This document shows, piece by piece, positions 1 to 9,489 of a DNA stretch of 64,000 nt. Both the position numbers and the translations under genes were made by a program. The stretch is from Candidatus Omnitrophota bacterium (GTDB lineage Bacteria; Omnitrophota; Gorgyraeia; Duberdicusellales; 4484-171): assembly GCA_037146775.1 (NCBI GenBank), contig JBAWWL010000009.1:68575-132574 (forward strand), in the 5' to 3' direction. The first letter of the stretch is position 1, and each line of letters starts with the position of its first letter. The notes beneath the pieces are model-generated. The model was not told the DNA's origin, did no database searches, and worked only from the letters and a program-made list of their open reading frames with translations.

Positions 1-1711
1 TTACTAAAATCACCCGGCCGCTGCCTAATATCGTCGCTCCGGCAATATTTTTAATCTTACCTAAAGGGTCTCCTATACTTTTTGTAATAATTTCCTGCCG
101 GCCAAGCAATTGATCGACCATAAGCCCGATTTTTTTCTCGGCAGATTGCACAATGACTACCGGAAAGAACTTTTTTTCAATAATACCTTTTCTCGGCAGA
201 CCAAAAATATCATTAAGCCTCACTAGCGGAAGTATCGCGCCTCGGACGCTTATGGCTTCCTTGGTTTCCACGGTTCTTATGTCTTCAGAGCTTATCCTTA
301 TGGTTTCTACTACCGCGTCAACCGCGATAGCAAAGATATCGCTTCCTACTGCAACCAACAAACTTTCGGTAATGGCCAATGTCAGCGGCAACCTGACGAT
401 AAAACGTGCTCCTTGGCCGGGTGAAGAATTTACTTCTACGCGCCCTTTTAGCCTGGCAACTGTTTCTCTAACGATATCTAAGCCCACCCCGCGACCGGAA
501 ACATCAGAAACTTCCGCTTTAGTGCTTAAGCCTGGTGCAAAAAGCAATTGGAAAACTTGCTCATCAGACAATTCATTAATTCGCCCCTCGGGTACTAAAC
601 CTTTTTTTACCGCTTCTTCTTTGACTCTGGTTATATCCACACCGTTACCATCGTCAATTACCGAAATCATTATCTGCGATCCTTCCTGGCTGGCAGAAAG
701 AATAATCTTCCCCATTCTTGGCTTACCTTTAGATTCCCGCTCTAATACCGGTTCTATGCCGTGATCGACAGCGTTACGTAATAAGTGCGTAAGCGGGTCT
801 TTTATCTGGTCTAGGAGCGCTTTGTCAAGCTGGGTTTCTTCTCCCGTAATCTGAAAATCTATTTCTTTTTTACGTTCATAAGCTAAATCACGCATAGCGC
901 GCGGGAAAGTATTAAAAAGGGTTGCCACAGGAAGCATGCGCACTTTCATCATCTCAGCCTGCAAATTAGCGGTTAACAGATCAATGGTTTTATCAACTCT
1001 TTCTAAATCTTTAGTTAAAATATTTATTGATTCAGGGAAATTTTTTTGTTCCTCTACCTTCGATACTAAGTTTTTTACTAATTCTTGTAAACGGATCTTA
1101 GAAATAAGCAGTTCGCCGGAAAGATTTCCCAGCTTATCCAGCTTATCAATATCAACCCGAACGCTTTCTTCACTTGGCCGGCTCTCGGTAACAGTATGGG
1201 TGTTGGCAACCGGTGACGACGAGGCAGAAGATGGTTCTTGCTGTTTAAAAACTGTTGGCTTAAGCACAGGAGTGGAAGATGGTGTCTGGGCCTGCGTGGT
1301 TCCCTGCGCCGGAACTTTATCCGGGAAAATAGCCTCAATTTTCTGACAGAGCTCATCGACAAATGGCCGTTCTATACCCTTATCCTGCCAAGTCACCTTA
1401 TCTTCCAAAAGCGACTCAATAGCATCCAAAGACCGCAAGAGAACATCAAACTGTTCCCTTTTTAGCAATATACCGTGTTTCAGCGCTTGCTCCAGACCAT
1501 CTTCCATTCTGTGGCCAATATCTGAGATTCGCTTATATCCCATCATCATGGAAGCGCCTTTGATGGAGTGCGCTTCGCGCATCAGGTCTTCTAAAAGCGC
1601 TTTGTCATGCGGTGATTTTTCTAATTTGATCAACCCAAGATTCAGACGCTGGAGCCGCTCACGCACTTCCGCCTTGAATTTTTCAAGAAGTTTAGTTTTA
1701 TCAAAAGGCAT
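1..1711 (-). CDS. cheA: Chemotaxis histidine kinase CheA. The 3' end runs off the window start; the start codon is at 1709-1711.
   Basis: Translating the minus strand from the ATG at 1709-1711 gives an HPt domain (MPFDKTKLLEKFKAEVRERLQ...HSIKGAS), a dimerisation region, a HATPase region (NAVDHGIE, GRGVGLD) and a C-terminal CheW-like region (ILGSGRVILV) still open at position 1. An RBS-like AAGGAAAAA lies upstream. The ORF is absent from the supplied track because it has no stop inside the window. Confidence 0.85.
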   Translation of the reverse strand, partial: MPFDKTKLLEKFKAEVRERLQRLNLGLIKLEKSPHDKALLEDLMREAHSIKGASMMMGYKRISDIGHRMEDGLEQALKHGILLKREQFDVLLRSLDAIESLLEDKVTWQDKGIERPFVDELCQKIEAIFPDKVPAQGTTQAQTPSSTPVLKPTVFKQQEPSSASSSPVANTHTVTESRPSEESVRVDIDKLDKLGNLSGELLISKIRLQELVKNLVSKVEEQKNFPESINILTKDLERVDKTIDLLTANLQAEMMKVRMLPVATLFNTFPRAMRDLAYERKKEIDFQITGEETQLDKALLDQIKDPLTHLLRNAVDHGIEPVLERESKGKPRMGKIILSASQEGSQIMISVIDDGNGVDITRVKEEAVKKGLVPEGRINELSDEQVFQLLFAPGLSTKAEVSDVSGRGVGLDIVRETVARLKGRVEVNSSPGQGARFIVRLPLTLAITESLLVAVGSDIFAIAVDAVVETIRISSEDIRTVETKEAISVRGAILPLVRLNDIFGLPRKGIIEKKFFPVVIVQSAEKKIGLMVDQLLGRQEIITKSIGDPLGKIKNIAGATILGSGRVILV

Positions 1712-1728
1712 TTTTTCCTTATGCGAAA

Positions 1729-3606
1729 CTATACTAATTTAAACTTACTGGAAATTTCTTTAAGCTCGTGCGCCATTTCGTTTAATTGCTTTACGGCAGC
1801 CTGTGATTGCTGCGCGCCTGCAGCGATCTGCTTCATGGCTTCGTCAATATTAGCCATGGCATCAGCGATCTGTTTGGAACCGGAAATCTGTTGCGTAGTA
1901 GCCATGGCTATTTCCTTGGCTTTTTCCGCGGTCTCCTGCGCGAGCCTTGTTTCTTCCTCCACGCTAACAACACTGGTTTCCATGGACATTACTGAATTAG
2001 ACATTTCATGCTGGATAATTTCAATCAAACCGGTGATATCTTTTGTAGACTTGGCGGTTGAATCCGCGAGTTTACGGATTTCATCGGCAACTACCGTAAA
2101 ACCCCTGCCTTGTTCACCGGCGCGTGCTGCCTCGATAGAGGCGTTCACCGCTAAAAGATTGGTCTGATCCGCTACATCATCGATTACTTCGGTAATTTTA
2201 CCGATCTGTTGGGACTTTTCGCCTAAAGAAGTAATCATCTGGCCGGTTTTTCCGATCGCCTCTTTAATTTTAACCATACCGCTCACCGCATGCATAGCAG
2301 CCTGTGCTACGCGCTTAATACTTTCACCAACCTGCTCGGAAGTTGCAGAAAGCTCTTTAGCTGCCGAGGTTGTTTCAGCAACAGCGGAAGACTGCTCCCG
2401 TGCGCCCGCAGCCTGTTGTTGGCTAGCGGCAAGAATTTCTTGGCCGGCCGAGGTAATTTTATTCACTGCCTCTTGCGCTTTGCCTAAAACCGTTTTAAGA
2501 TTCTTAAGCATGTCATTGAAAGACTGCGCAAGTAATTCAATTTCGTCATTAGTTTTAATGGAAATATTTTTGGTGAGATCTCCGCGTCCAACATCTTCCG
2601 AGAATACTGATAATTGCTTAATTGGCCCTGCGATACTCATGGCTATCCTTAACGCAAAAAAGGTAATACATGCCGCAGTTATTATCGTAATGAGAAAAAT
2701 AATTTTTCCTAGCTGGCTGGTTTCTGCAAACGCCTCTCTTACATCAATCTCAGTAAGGATAAGCCAACCTAAATTAAACTCTTTGCCTAGCTTACCGGAC
2801 ACAGAAACGCCAAGTACAGGCTGGTTACGATAATCCGGATAAATTCCGGACGTATTTTTCTTTTGGTCTAAAAATAAGCGTACTGGCTGGGTATCGATTT
2901 TTTCTTTTAAAAATTCATTATTATTGCTCCTCAATTCTGTGATAACATATCCGTTCTTATTAACAATATAGGCCTCACCGCTACTGCCCAGTCCTGTGCG
3001 CTCAATCATAATTTCATTAATCCTTTTCATTTCATAGCGGAGCACAATAATGCCAAGCAATTCACCGGTGAGTTTATTTTTTAGCGGTCCGGAAAAAGCA
3101 ATAGTTGGCTTGCCGCTTGAAGCCATATACGCATCCTTTATGTGAATATCGTTTTTTCCATTGATAAAATAGTCATCTTGAGATTTATCCACGCCAACCA
3201 TGTCTTTTTCTGTAGATACAATGATTTTTCCTTGAGGATTTAATATATATATAGAGTAAATTTGCGAGTCAACAGGCATCTTGTCTTCGGTAAGATATTT
3301 GGTAAGCTCTTGCGTCAATAAGGTTGAGTCAGCGCTTTTCGAGCTGATTTTTTCCATAGATTCCAAAATAAACCTGTCTTTGCAAAAAGAATCAGTCCGC
3401 CGTTCTTTTTCGTGTAGATAAGAAACCATGTTCTCCTCTCTACCATGACCGATGGCCCCAAAATCATTCAGCACCTGCTTCTTTATGGCGTCCCGGCCTA
3501 GGCTAAAACTAAAGTATCCGACTATAGCAATCGGAACCAGCGAAACAACCAAGAATGAAAAAAGTAATTTAAACTTTAAACTTCCTAAAAAAATATTACG
3601 CATCAC
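1729..3606 (-). CDS. Methyl-accepting chemotaxis protein (two TM segments, periplasmic sensor, HAMP, MA signalling domain)
   Basis: The 625-aa ORF has an N-terminal TM helix, a periplasmic sensor region of about 250 aa and a second TM helix. HAMP and a C-terminal methyl-accepting coiled coil ([29 protein letters not shown]) follow. It sits immediately upstream of cheA. Confidence 0.85.
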   Translation of the reverse strand: MMRNIFLGSLKFKLLFSFLVVSLVPIAIVGYFSFSLGRDAIKKQVLNDFGAIGHGREENMVSYLHEKERRTDSFCKDRFILESMEKISSKSADSTLLTQELTKYLTEDKMPVDSQIYSIYILNPQGKIIVSTEKDMVGVDKSQDDYFINGKNDIHIKDAYMASSGKPTIAFSGPLKNKLTGELLGIIVLRYEMKRINEIMIERTGLGSSGEAYIVNKNGYVITELRSNNNEFLKEKIDTQPVRLFLDQKKNTSGIYPDYRNQPVLGVSVSGKLGKEFNLGWLILTEIDVREAFAETSQLGKIIFLITIITAACITFFALRIAMSIAGPIKQLSVFSEDVGRGDLTKNISIKTNDEIELLAQSFNDMLKNLKTVLGKAQEAVNKITSAGQEILAASQQQAAGAREQSSAVAETTSAAKELSATSEQVGESIKRVAQAAMHAVSGMVKIKEAIGKTGQMITSLGEKSQQIGKITEVIDDVADQTNLLAVNASIEAARAGEQGRGFTVVADEIRKLADSTAKSTKDITGLIEIIQHEMSNSVMSMETSVVSVEEETRLAQETAEKAKEIAMATTQQISGSKQIADAMANIDEAMKQIAAGAQQSQAAVKQLNEMAHELKEISSKFKLV

Positions 3607-4124
3607 TAACCTCCTGTCTTCCGTAACGCTTCCACCTCTTCTGAATGTAAAACTTTTTCTAAATCCAACAAAATTAAAATTCTATTCTCAAGCTGCACAT
3701 GACCTTTCGTATATGCTAACACCTTTTCGGGCAATGTTGCTAACGGCGCTTGGATTAATTTTTCATCAATATCAATAGTATCTTCAACTTTATCTACCAA
3801 TATCCCGGTCAAAGACCCGCTAATATCAGTAACTATTACCCTGGATTGCTCATTCCTCTCTCGTTGCTCAAGGCTGAAAAAATAGCGCAAGTCAATAAGT
3901 GCAATAATTTCACCGCGTAAATTGATTACTCCGGTAATAAACGGCACACGGTTAGGAATTCTGGTAATTTCAGGCAAAGCAAGCACTTCTTTTGCCTGTT
4001 TTATTTCTATACAATAATATTCTGCGCCTAAAGCAAACACCAGCACACGCACCATATTCTTTTTTTCTGCTGCTACTTCCAGGTCTTCTACTTCGATAAT
4101 AATTTTTTCTTTGTCCTGAGCCAT
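3606..4124 (-). CDS. cheW: CheW-like coupling protein
   Basis: 172 aa. CheW-domain pattern ([13 protein letters not shown]...[20 protein letters not shown]). Lies in the chemotaxis operon. Confidence 0.8.
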   Translation of the reverse strand: MAQDKEKIIIEVEDLEVAAEKKNMVRVLVFALGAEYYCIEIKQAKEVLALPEITRIPNRVPFITGVINLRGEIIALIDLRYFFSLEQRERNEQSRVIVTDISGSLTGILVDKVEDTIDIDEKLIQAPLATLPEKVLAYTKGHVQLENRILILLDLEKVLHSEEVEALRKTGG

Positions 4125-4130
4125 ATCTTC

Positions 4131-4601
4131 CTATTTAGATGATTTTTTCCTCACCTCAATACTTTCCTGTACTTTTTGTATGCTTTTAGCCGCATCGTGG
4201 CTTAAAAGCTTTAATATGTCGACGATAAGAATTAAACGCTTTTCTCTTCTCGCTACTCCCAATAAATAATCCGCCCCCTTGAGCATATCATCGGGCATGG
4301 TAATCGCCTCTTGCGTTATATTAAGCACCCCGGAAACATTATCTACGATCACGCCCGCCATATGTTCGTTAAACTGCGTTATAATAATCCGGTTAGTTTT
4401 CTGAAGCTTTTGCTTCGCAAGGCCTAATTTCACCCGCAGATTAATCAAGGTTATGATTTTTCCGCGCAGGCTCACTACACCCTCTACAAAATCTGCTACG
4501 TCTGGTATGGAAATAACCGGCCGCATCCGAATTACTTCCCGCACCTGTATAATATCTGCTCCATATTCCTTATCGCCGACAGAAAAAACAACTATTTTCA
4601 T
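4131..4601 (-). CDS. cheW: CheW-like coupling protein (second copy)
   Basis: 156 aa. CheW-domain pattern (EYGADIIQVREVIRM...VEGVVSLRGKIITLINLR). Confidence 0.8.
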   Translation of the reverse strand: MKIVVFSVGDKEYGADIIQVREVIRMRPVISIPDVADFVEGVVSLRGKIITLINLRVKLGLAKQKLQKTNRIIITQFNEHMAGVIVDNVSGVLNITQEAITMPDDMLKGADYLLGVARREKRLILIVDILKLLSHDAAKSIQKVQESIEVRKKSSK

Positions 4602-4700
4602 TCTTGTATCCTAATCAAAAGTATACTTATCATTTTTTACTATCCTCTATTCTCCCCACTATATACTACATACTATGTACCATGTACTTTGTATTATGCA

Positions 4701-6248
4701 TTATTCCATTTTAAGCCGTTCAATATTATCCCGGCATATGTTCGCTAACGTCGCCACGCTAAATCCTCCGCTATAAGCAATTATAGCGTCGAGAGAATAC
4801 TTTGACAATCCTTTTAGCGTATTTCTGTACTCGCGTATCGCCTCCTGTAAACTATCTTCTGTTCTATAAAGGTTCGCTAAATAAAAATGAGCTAAGGAAA
4901 AATCCTTATCCAGGTATAGAGCTTTACGAAAACTTTCTTTTGCCTTATCCGGCTCTTCCTCTTCGATATACACACAGCCAAAGAGATAGTGTGCCGCCGC
5001 GAATAAAGGGTTCAACCGTAACGCAGACATAAGCATTCCTTTTGCCGCGGTAAAGTTACCCTGATTTATATAAATTTCTGCCGCCAGATAATACGGCTCT
5101 AGCGTATTTTGATACAGGCGGATAGCTTCTTCGGCTAAAGCAAGCGCTTGGGTGTATTTTTTTAAATGCGTATATTTAATAATGTCGGTAATGAGCTCCT
5201 CCGCATTGCCGGGGGTAATCTGTTTTCCAGAAATAATACCTAATTCTACCTTTGCCTCACAGCGGGAAAGCTCTTCAATAATTTCTTCAAGATCAACCTT
5301 CTCGGCCGGATGCTCGATAGTCAAAGTAACTGGGCTTACCGAGGCTGTTTCTTTACGGTAATAAATCGCCTCATCCCAACTCACCATCGTAAATTTATCG
5401 CGCATAAAATGCAGGTTTTCGGAATAACCGATAAACAAGTAACCGCCGTCAAAAAGACTGGAATGAAATTTGTACATAGTATTAACGATGGTCTCAAATT
5501 CAAAGTAAATAACCACGTTACGGCAAAAAATAATATCAAAGCCTTGGGGAAATTCATCCTCGATCAGGTTATGGAAAACAAAATGCACCATTTCTTTGAT
5601 GTCGTTTTTAACAGCATAAGACTTGCTGTGACCGGAAGTATCCAGGTCAAAATACCTTTCCAGGCATTGTTTTGGCACCAACTTCACCGCGTTAGCGTTA
5701 AAAACTCCTTTTTGCGCCCGATCAAGCGATTCAGTGGCAGCATCGGTGGCAAGAATATGAATATCCCAGTTCTCGATATCAGGAATGATATCTCTGACTA
5801 CCATAGCAATCGAGTAAGGTTCTTCACCGCTTGAACAACCAGCACTCCAGATACGCAGGGTAGGCTTCCTGGCTAAGAGGTCAGTGGTTACGTTTTGAGA
5901 ATTATCTGTGCTTTCAAAAACCGGTGGCCGATTACCAAATTGAGTTAATTTGCGCTGGATAATTTCCGGTAGAACCTTCTCCCGTAAAGCCTTAAACTGA
6001 GATTCATTTCTAAAAAAATAAGTATGATTGACCGTTAACGCATTCAGGAGCTGCCGAAATTCCTCTTCTCTTTCCGGCGATGAAGTCAGGTAGGTATAAT
6101 ACGTAAAAACAGAATCAAGGCCACGCACGGCCATTCTTTTAGCAATAACATCTTGGAGGTTTTTTATTTCGTGATCGCGGAAATAAAGGCCGCTGCGGTT
6201 AGTAATAAAGTTTTTAAGTTTGAGGTTTAACTCTTCCGAAAAAAACAT
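4701..6248 (-). CDS. cheR: CheR-type protein-glutamate O-methyltransferase fused to C-terminal TPR repeats
   Basis: The N-terminal roughly 300 aa carry CheR SAM-methyltransferase motifs (IWSAGCSSGEEPYSIAMV, FCRNVVIYF). The C-terminal roughly 200 aa are TPR-like repeats (YYLAAEIYINQGNF...AHYLFGCVY...). Confidence 0.8.
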   Translation of the reverse strand: MFFSEELNLKLKNFITNRSGLYFRDHEIKNLQDVIAKRMAVRGLDSVFTYYTYLTSSPEREEEFRQLLNALTVNHTYFFRNESQFKALREKVLPEIIQRKLTQFGNRPPVFESTDNSQNVTTDLLARKPTLRIWSAGCSSGEEPYSIAMVVRDIIPDIENWDIHILATDAATESLDRAQKGVFNANAVKLVPKQCLERYFDLDTSGHSKSYAVKNDIKEMVHFVFHNLIEDEFPQGFDIIFCRNVVIYFEFETIVNTMYKFHSSLFDGGYLFIGYSENLHFMRDKFTMVSWDEAIYYRKETASVSPVTLTIEHPAEKVDLEEIIEELSRCEAKVELGIISGKQITPGNAEELITDIIKYTHLKKYTQALALAEEAIRLYQNTLEPYYLAAEIYINQGNFTAAKGMLMSALRLNPLFAAAHYLFGCVYIEEEEPDKAKESFRKALYLDKDFSLAHFYLANLYRTEDSLQEAIREYRNTLKGLSKYSLDAIIAYSGGFSVATLANICRDNIERLKME

Positions 6249-6420
6249 AAGGCGTTACTACCACCAGTAACAGGCAACCTCTCTTTTTACAAAATGAAGC
6301 GTTCTATTGGTTATGGAAAATTCCTTGGTTGTTATTTTACGGACTTTTTTTGTTCTCTATCTATAAAAGTTGATCGTGACGAGATCTCGCCACCTTTGGC
6401 GGCAGACCAGAAAGGTTCAC

Positions 6421-6765
6421 CTAAAAATTCATAAGGACTGACAACATCTTGCAAATCTCGTCCAATCTTTCTTTAAATACTTTAGCGTCCTCTTCTTTGA
6501 TTAACTTCTTACGCTTACATAATTCCAATATCGGAATACACTCGAATGCTGAACCGCGGGCAATTCGAAAAAAGTTAACCCTGTCCGCTTTATGATATTT
6601 ACCATTCCCTTCCGCAATATTAGTCGCTATAGACAACGAGGCACGATTTAACTGATCTGATAAATAATAGTTGCCCTTTGGAAATGTTTCGGCAAGAGTA
6701 CTGAGCTCATCGGCTATTGCGATGGCCTTTTTGCAAACTTCAAGATTTTCGAACAGAAAGGGCAT
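6421..6765 (-). CDS. Four-helix-bundle protein (23S rRNA intervening-sequence protein family)
   Basis: 114 aa. Characteristic N-terminus (FENLEVCKKAIAIADELSTL...QLNRASLSIATNIAEG...ARGSAFEC). Confidence 0.75.
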   Translation of the reverse strand: MPFLFENLEVCKKAIAIADELSTLAETFPKGNYYLSDQLNRASLSIATNIAEGNGKYHKADRVNFFRIARGSAFECIPILELCKRKKLIKEEDAKVFKERLDEICKMLSVLMNF

Positions 6766-6934
6766 CTACGCCATCCTTAGAACAATAGAGCAATAGAAAA
6801 TAGACCGCAATGGAACACTAGCTCTATTGTTCTATTATCTATTGTTCAATTGCTCTGTTTTTTCTGCCGCAGGTAGAAAAAAAGGACCCGTCTGCATCCA
6901 ATTCGAACCGCATCCGAAGTAAAAGCAGAAATTA

Positions 6935-7762
6935 TCATATCACATCTCCGACTAAAGCAAGAGCCTGCAATTTTTCGCGCACAAGGTCCCGTAGGGCCGC
7001 ATAATCAGCAGCCTTATACTTAGTTGTATCGATAGGCGACAACACCACCAACCTACCGGATACTTGTGTCTTAAAGATCCAGCCACCCTTCGGGATAGCT
7101 TCTCTAGTGCCGCCGATAAATATAGGAAGAAGTGGCCTGCCCTCTTTTATGGCAAGCTTGAAGGCGCCATTTTGGAATTCGCTCATCTCGTCTGTGCCGC
7201 TACGCGTACCTTCGGGAAAAAATAACATCGACACACCACGCCTAAGCCAGCCGGCCGCCTGACGATAGACGGACTTTATGCTTCCAAACTCACCTCTGGA
7301 AAGCAGAACGTGATTATTGACCCAAAGCAGCCCACCTATAAAAGGCAGTTTGAGAAGACTCTTCTTCGCCACCCACTTGAAGTACATGTGGGTCTTGTAT
7401 ATTACTATAATATCGGCTAAGCTTTGATGATTAGCTACTATCACATATGTCTGAGCATGATCAATATTCTCCAGCCCCTCTATCTTAAGCTTCCAATACG
7501 AATTTAAAGCAACTAAAGAATCCGCCCACCAAAAGCACTGAGCATGAACCATCTTGTCCCGGATAGAAAACGGAACAAGCAGGATCTTCAGGAATAAGCT
7601 AGCCAAAAATGCGGCCATGGTTATTACAGCGCTTACAATCCATATAAATATAGATTTTAAGATTCTCATTTGTATCCTCGGAATTTCCCTTATCGCTAAA
7701 TTATTCGGAGAGTGAACGATTTGTCCCGCACAAAAATTTCTTAATGGCGGACCCGTGTGCAA
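6935..7762 (-). CDS. plsC: 1-acyl-sn-glycerol-3-phosphate acyltransferase (PlsC family). The true start may be the internal Met near 7669.
   Basis: Acyltransferase motifs VIVANHQSLADIIV and FPEGTRS. An N-terminal TM helix follows the internal MRILKS. Confidence 0.75.
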   Translation of the reverse strand: MHTGPPLRNFCAGQIVHSPNNLAIREIPRIQMRILKSIFIWIVSAVITMAAFLASLFLKILLVPFSIRDKMVHAQCFWWADSLVALNSYWKLKIEGLENIDHAQTYVIVANHQSLADIIVIYKTHMYFKWVAKKSLLKLPFIGGLLWVNNHVLLSRGEFGSIKSVYRQAAGWLRRGVSMLFFPEGTRSGTDEMSEFQNGAFKLAIKEGRPLLPIFIGGTREAIPKGGWIFKTQVSGRLVVLSPIDTTKYKAADYAALRDLVREKLQALALVGDVI

Positions 7763-7960
7763 GCGAACCCTATTCTTCGACTCGCTCCGCTCGTTCAGGA
7801 CTTCGCAGCCTATTAAAATACCACTACTTATAAAAATTCATCGCAAACGCGGTATGGGTTGGCTCATCGCCCTAGACGAACCCATTTTCACCAAACATAC
7901 AAAATCCAAAAAACCGCCGGACTCAGTGCCCTACTACGACTACGTTATTTAGCAACATAC

Positions 7961-8452
7961 CTATTCAGGAAATTTGTCAAAATGTATGAAACTGCACGAT
8001 CCCGTATAAATAGACGATTGTGTGATTAAGGCATTGTCACCGCTTTTTGTTACGGTCATAATAAATTTCTGCTGCCCCTCTTTGTCAATATACAGGGTAT
8101 ACACTTCAATCGTCTCCGCAGGATACAGCACAAAAATAGTAGCCTCGTTTTTCCCTTTATTTAAAACCATAACCTCTGCACCCTGTGAACGAGCAGATTT
8201 TATGCTTTTTGATGCATCAATAAATCGCACATCTAATTTTCCATCAGTTACAACTACCTCAAATATGCCATTTGTTATATTGCCGTCTTGCCAACCAGCA
8301 TCCTTTTTGTTAAGCACGAGTTTCTCATACGCAAAATACGACTTGCCCTTAGGGTTTTCGCCGTGAGCAATTATGTATTCGTCTGCAAATACAGGTTTAG
8401 TAAGGATTAATACAAAAATGAATAATCCTGCATAGATAATTTTTTTCATGTC
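7961..8452 (-). CDS. Secreted hypothetical protein. The start is taken at the internal MKKIIYAG, which heads a signal peptide.
   Basis: The ORF in the track runs 7961..8536, but a clear signal peptide (MKKIIYAGLFIFVLILTKPVFA) starts at residue 29. No family was recognised. Confidence 0.45.
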   Translation of the reverse strand, partial: DMKKIIYAGLFIFVLILTKPVFADEYIIAHGENPKGKSYFAYEKLVLNKKDAGWQDGNITNGIFEVVVTDGKLDVRFIDASKSIKSARSQGAEVMVLNKGKNEATIFVLYPAETIEVYTLYIDKEGQQKFIMTVTKSGDNALITQSSIYTGSCSFIHFDKFPE

Positions 8453-8586
8453 ACGCTCCTTTCGAAACAAAGTGCACAGAGAACAGGATGACCTTCTACA
8501 ACCTCTAGGGTTCGCGTCCACAATTAGTGTGGACAATCTTTACTACCCTCCTCGTCGGAAGGGTTCACCTAAAAACTGGCGGCATT

Positions 8587-8850
8587 TTACTCCGCGGATT
8601 CCACTTTAGGCAACAATCGCTTCTTTAAAAAAGCAAAACCCGAACCAGACTTCAAATACCGCTCTAAATCTTCAGCCGTTTTCTTGTCCCTTAAAACGAT
8701 ATGCGTTTCCAGCTCCCAAGGACTATATCGCTTGCTGTATGTTGAAGTATCAGCGTTGTGAGATTCTAATCGTTTTTCAAAATCGGTCGTCAGGCCGATG
8801 TAAAGACGGTCAGGCTGGTTAACGCTTCTAAGGATGTAAACTGTATACAT
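8587..8850 (-). CDS. GIY-YIG nuclease family small protein. The start is taken at MYTVYILRS; the longer ORF upstream overlaps a tRNA.
   Basis: Motif YTVYILRS...RLYIGLTTDFEKRLESHN is typical of the short stand-alone GIY-YIG proteins. The upstream ORF extension to 9060 overlaps tRNA-Ser, so it is rejected. Confidence 0.65.
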   Translation of the reverse strand: MYTVYILRSVNQPDRLYIGLTTDFEKRLESHNADTSTYSKRYSPWELETHIVLRDKKTAEDLERYLKSGSGFAFLKKRLLPKVESAE

Positions 8851-8997
8851 AACGTTTATCGCCCTGCTTCGCCCTTCGACATATAAAATCCCAGTGGGGC
8901 TTCGCAGCGGCGTTCTTCTTCGCCACCAATAGAAGAATTTCAGTTGCTTCGAAGCCGCCCGCACCATAGTTTTACATAATTGAGCGGCGAAGAAGAA

Positions 8998-9084
8998 CGG
9001 AGAGGCAGGGATTCGAACCCTGGGACCCTTTCGGGTCACACGCTTTCCAAGCGTGCGCACTAAACCGGGCTATGCGACCTCTCC
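8998..9084 (-). tRNA. tRNA-Ser (anticodon GGA), long variable arm
   Basis: The reverse complement reads GGAGAGG TC GCAT AGCCCGGTTTAGT GCGC A CGCTTGGAAAGCG, then a long variable arm, GGGTTCGAATCCC, CCTCTCC and discriminator G. Acceptor, D, anticodon (loop CTTGGAAAG, so GGA) and T stems all pair. Confidence 0.85.
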
Positions 9085-9103
9085 GTATATTGTCAAAACT
9101 TTC

Positions 9104-9131
9104 AAAGAAAACACGCGCCTGGGGTGAGTTG
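9104..9131. repeat. 28-bp perfect direct repeat of the tRNA-Arg 3' end plus 10 downstream nt. The second copy is 9233..9260, which overlaps the tRNA.
   Basis: CAAAGAAAACACGCGCCTGGGGTGAGTTG occurs at 9104-9131 and 9233-9260. Its last 18 nt are the T-arm and acceptor 3' strand of tRNA-Arg. This resembles an attL/attR pair or an integration scar. Confidence 0.7.
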
Positions 9132-9242
9132 TATGTACTCTTTGACGAAGTCAAAGTTTTGAGCCTTAAGTACATCCAACGTTACTCCCAATCAGGCTGC
9201 AATTATACATTTCCACGAATATTTCAAATAACAAAGAAAACA

Positions 9243-9316
9243 CGCGCCTGGGGTGAGTTGAACACCCAACCATCTGATCCGAAGTCAGATGCTCTATCCA
9301 ATTGAGCCACAGGCGC
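9243..9316 (-). tRNA. tRNA-Arg (anticodon TCG)
   Basis: The reverse complement is GCGCCTG TG GCTC AATTGGATA GAGC A TCTGA CTTCGGA TCAGA TGGTT GGGTG TTCAACT CACCC CAGGCGC G. All four stems pair. It is 74 nt and the anticodon loop gives UCG. Confidence 0.85.
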
Positions 9317-9489
9317 ACAATTAGTACATAGTCGTTAGTCGATAGTATATAGCAAGAAAAGTTAAATATTAAAAATTAAATATTAAAAATCAAAATGGCA
9401 ATGCAAAACTCAAAAAAATGTAAATTCTGGTGCTTCATTTTGATATTTACATTTTAATTTTTTATTTTAAAACGTTACCGACAGACATA

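Noticed and set aside
153-1465. Plus-strand ORFs in the supplied track (153..764, 936..1346, 1238..1465 and others) at the window start
   Set aside because: They lie antisense within the CheA coding region. The minus-strand translation gives a clear CheA with HPt, dimerisation, HATPase and CheW-like domains, so these are shadow ORFs. The same reasoning applies to other antisense ORFs, such as 52203..52871, 26817..27284, 62848..63486 and 5310..5834.
6850-6935. tRNA-like fragment (CCAATTCGAACCGCATCC resembles a T-arm)
   Set aside because: No acceptor, D or anticodon stems can be formed around it on either strand. The similarity is probably chance, or a very degraded remnant.
8851-9060. Long N-terminal extension of the GIY-YIG ORF in the six-frame track (ORF 8587..9060)
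   Set aside because: The extension overlaps the tRNA-Ser gene and is basic and low-complexity. The conserved GIY-YIG start MYTVYIL at 8850 is preferred.
9072-9305. 77-aa plus-strand ORF with a repeated KKTRAWGEL peptide
   Set aside because: It overlaps tRNA-Ser and tRNA-Arg. The peptide repeat is simply the translated 28-bp tRNA 3'-end duplication.
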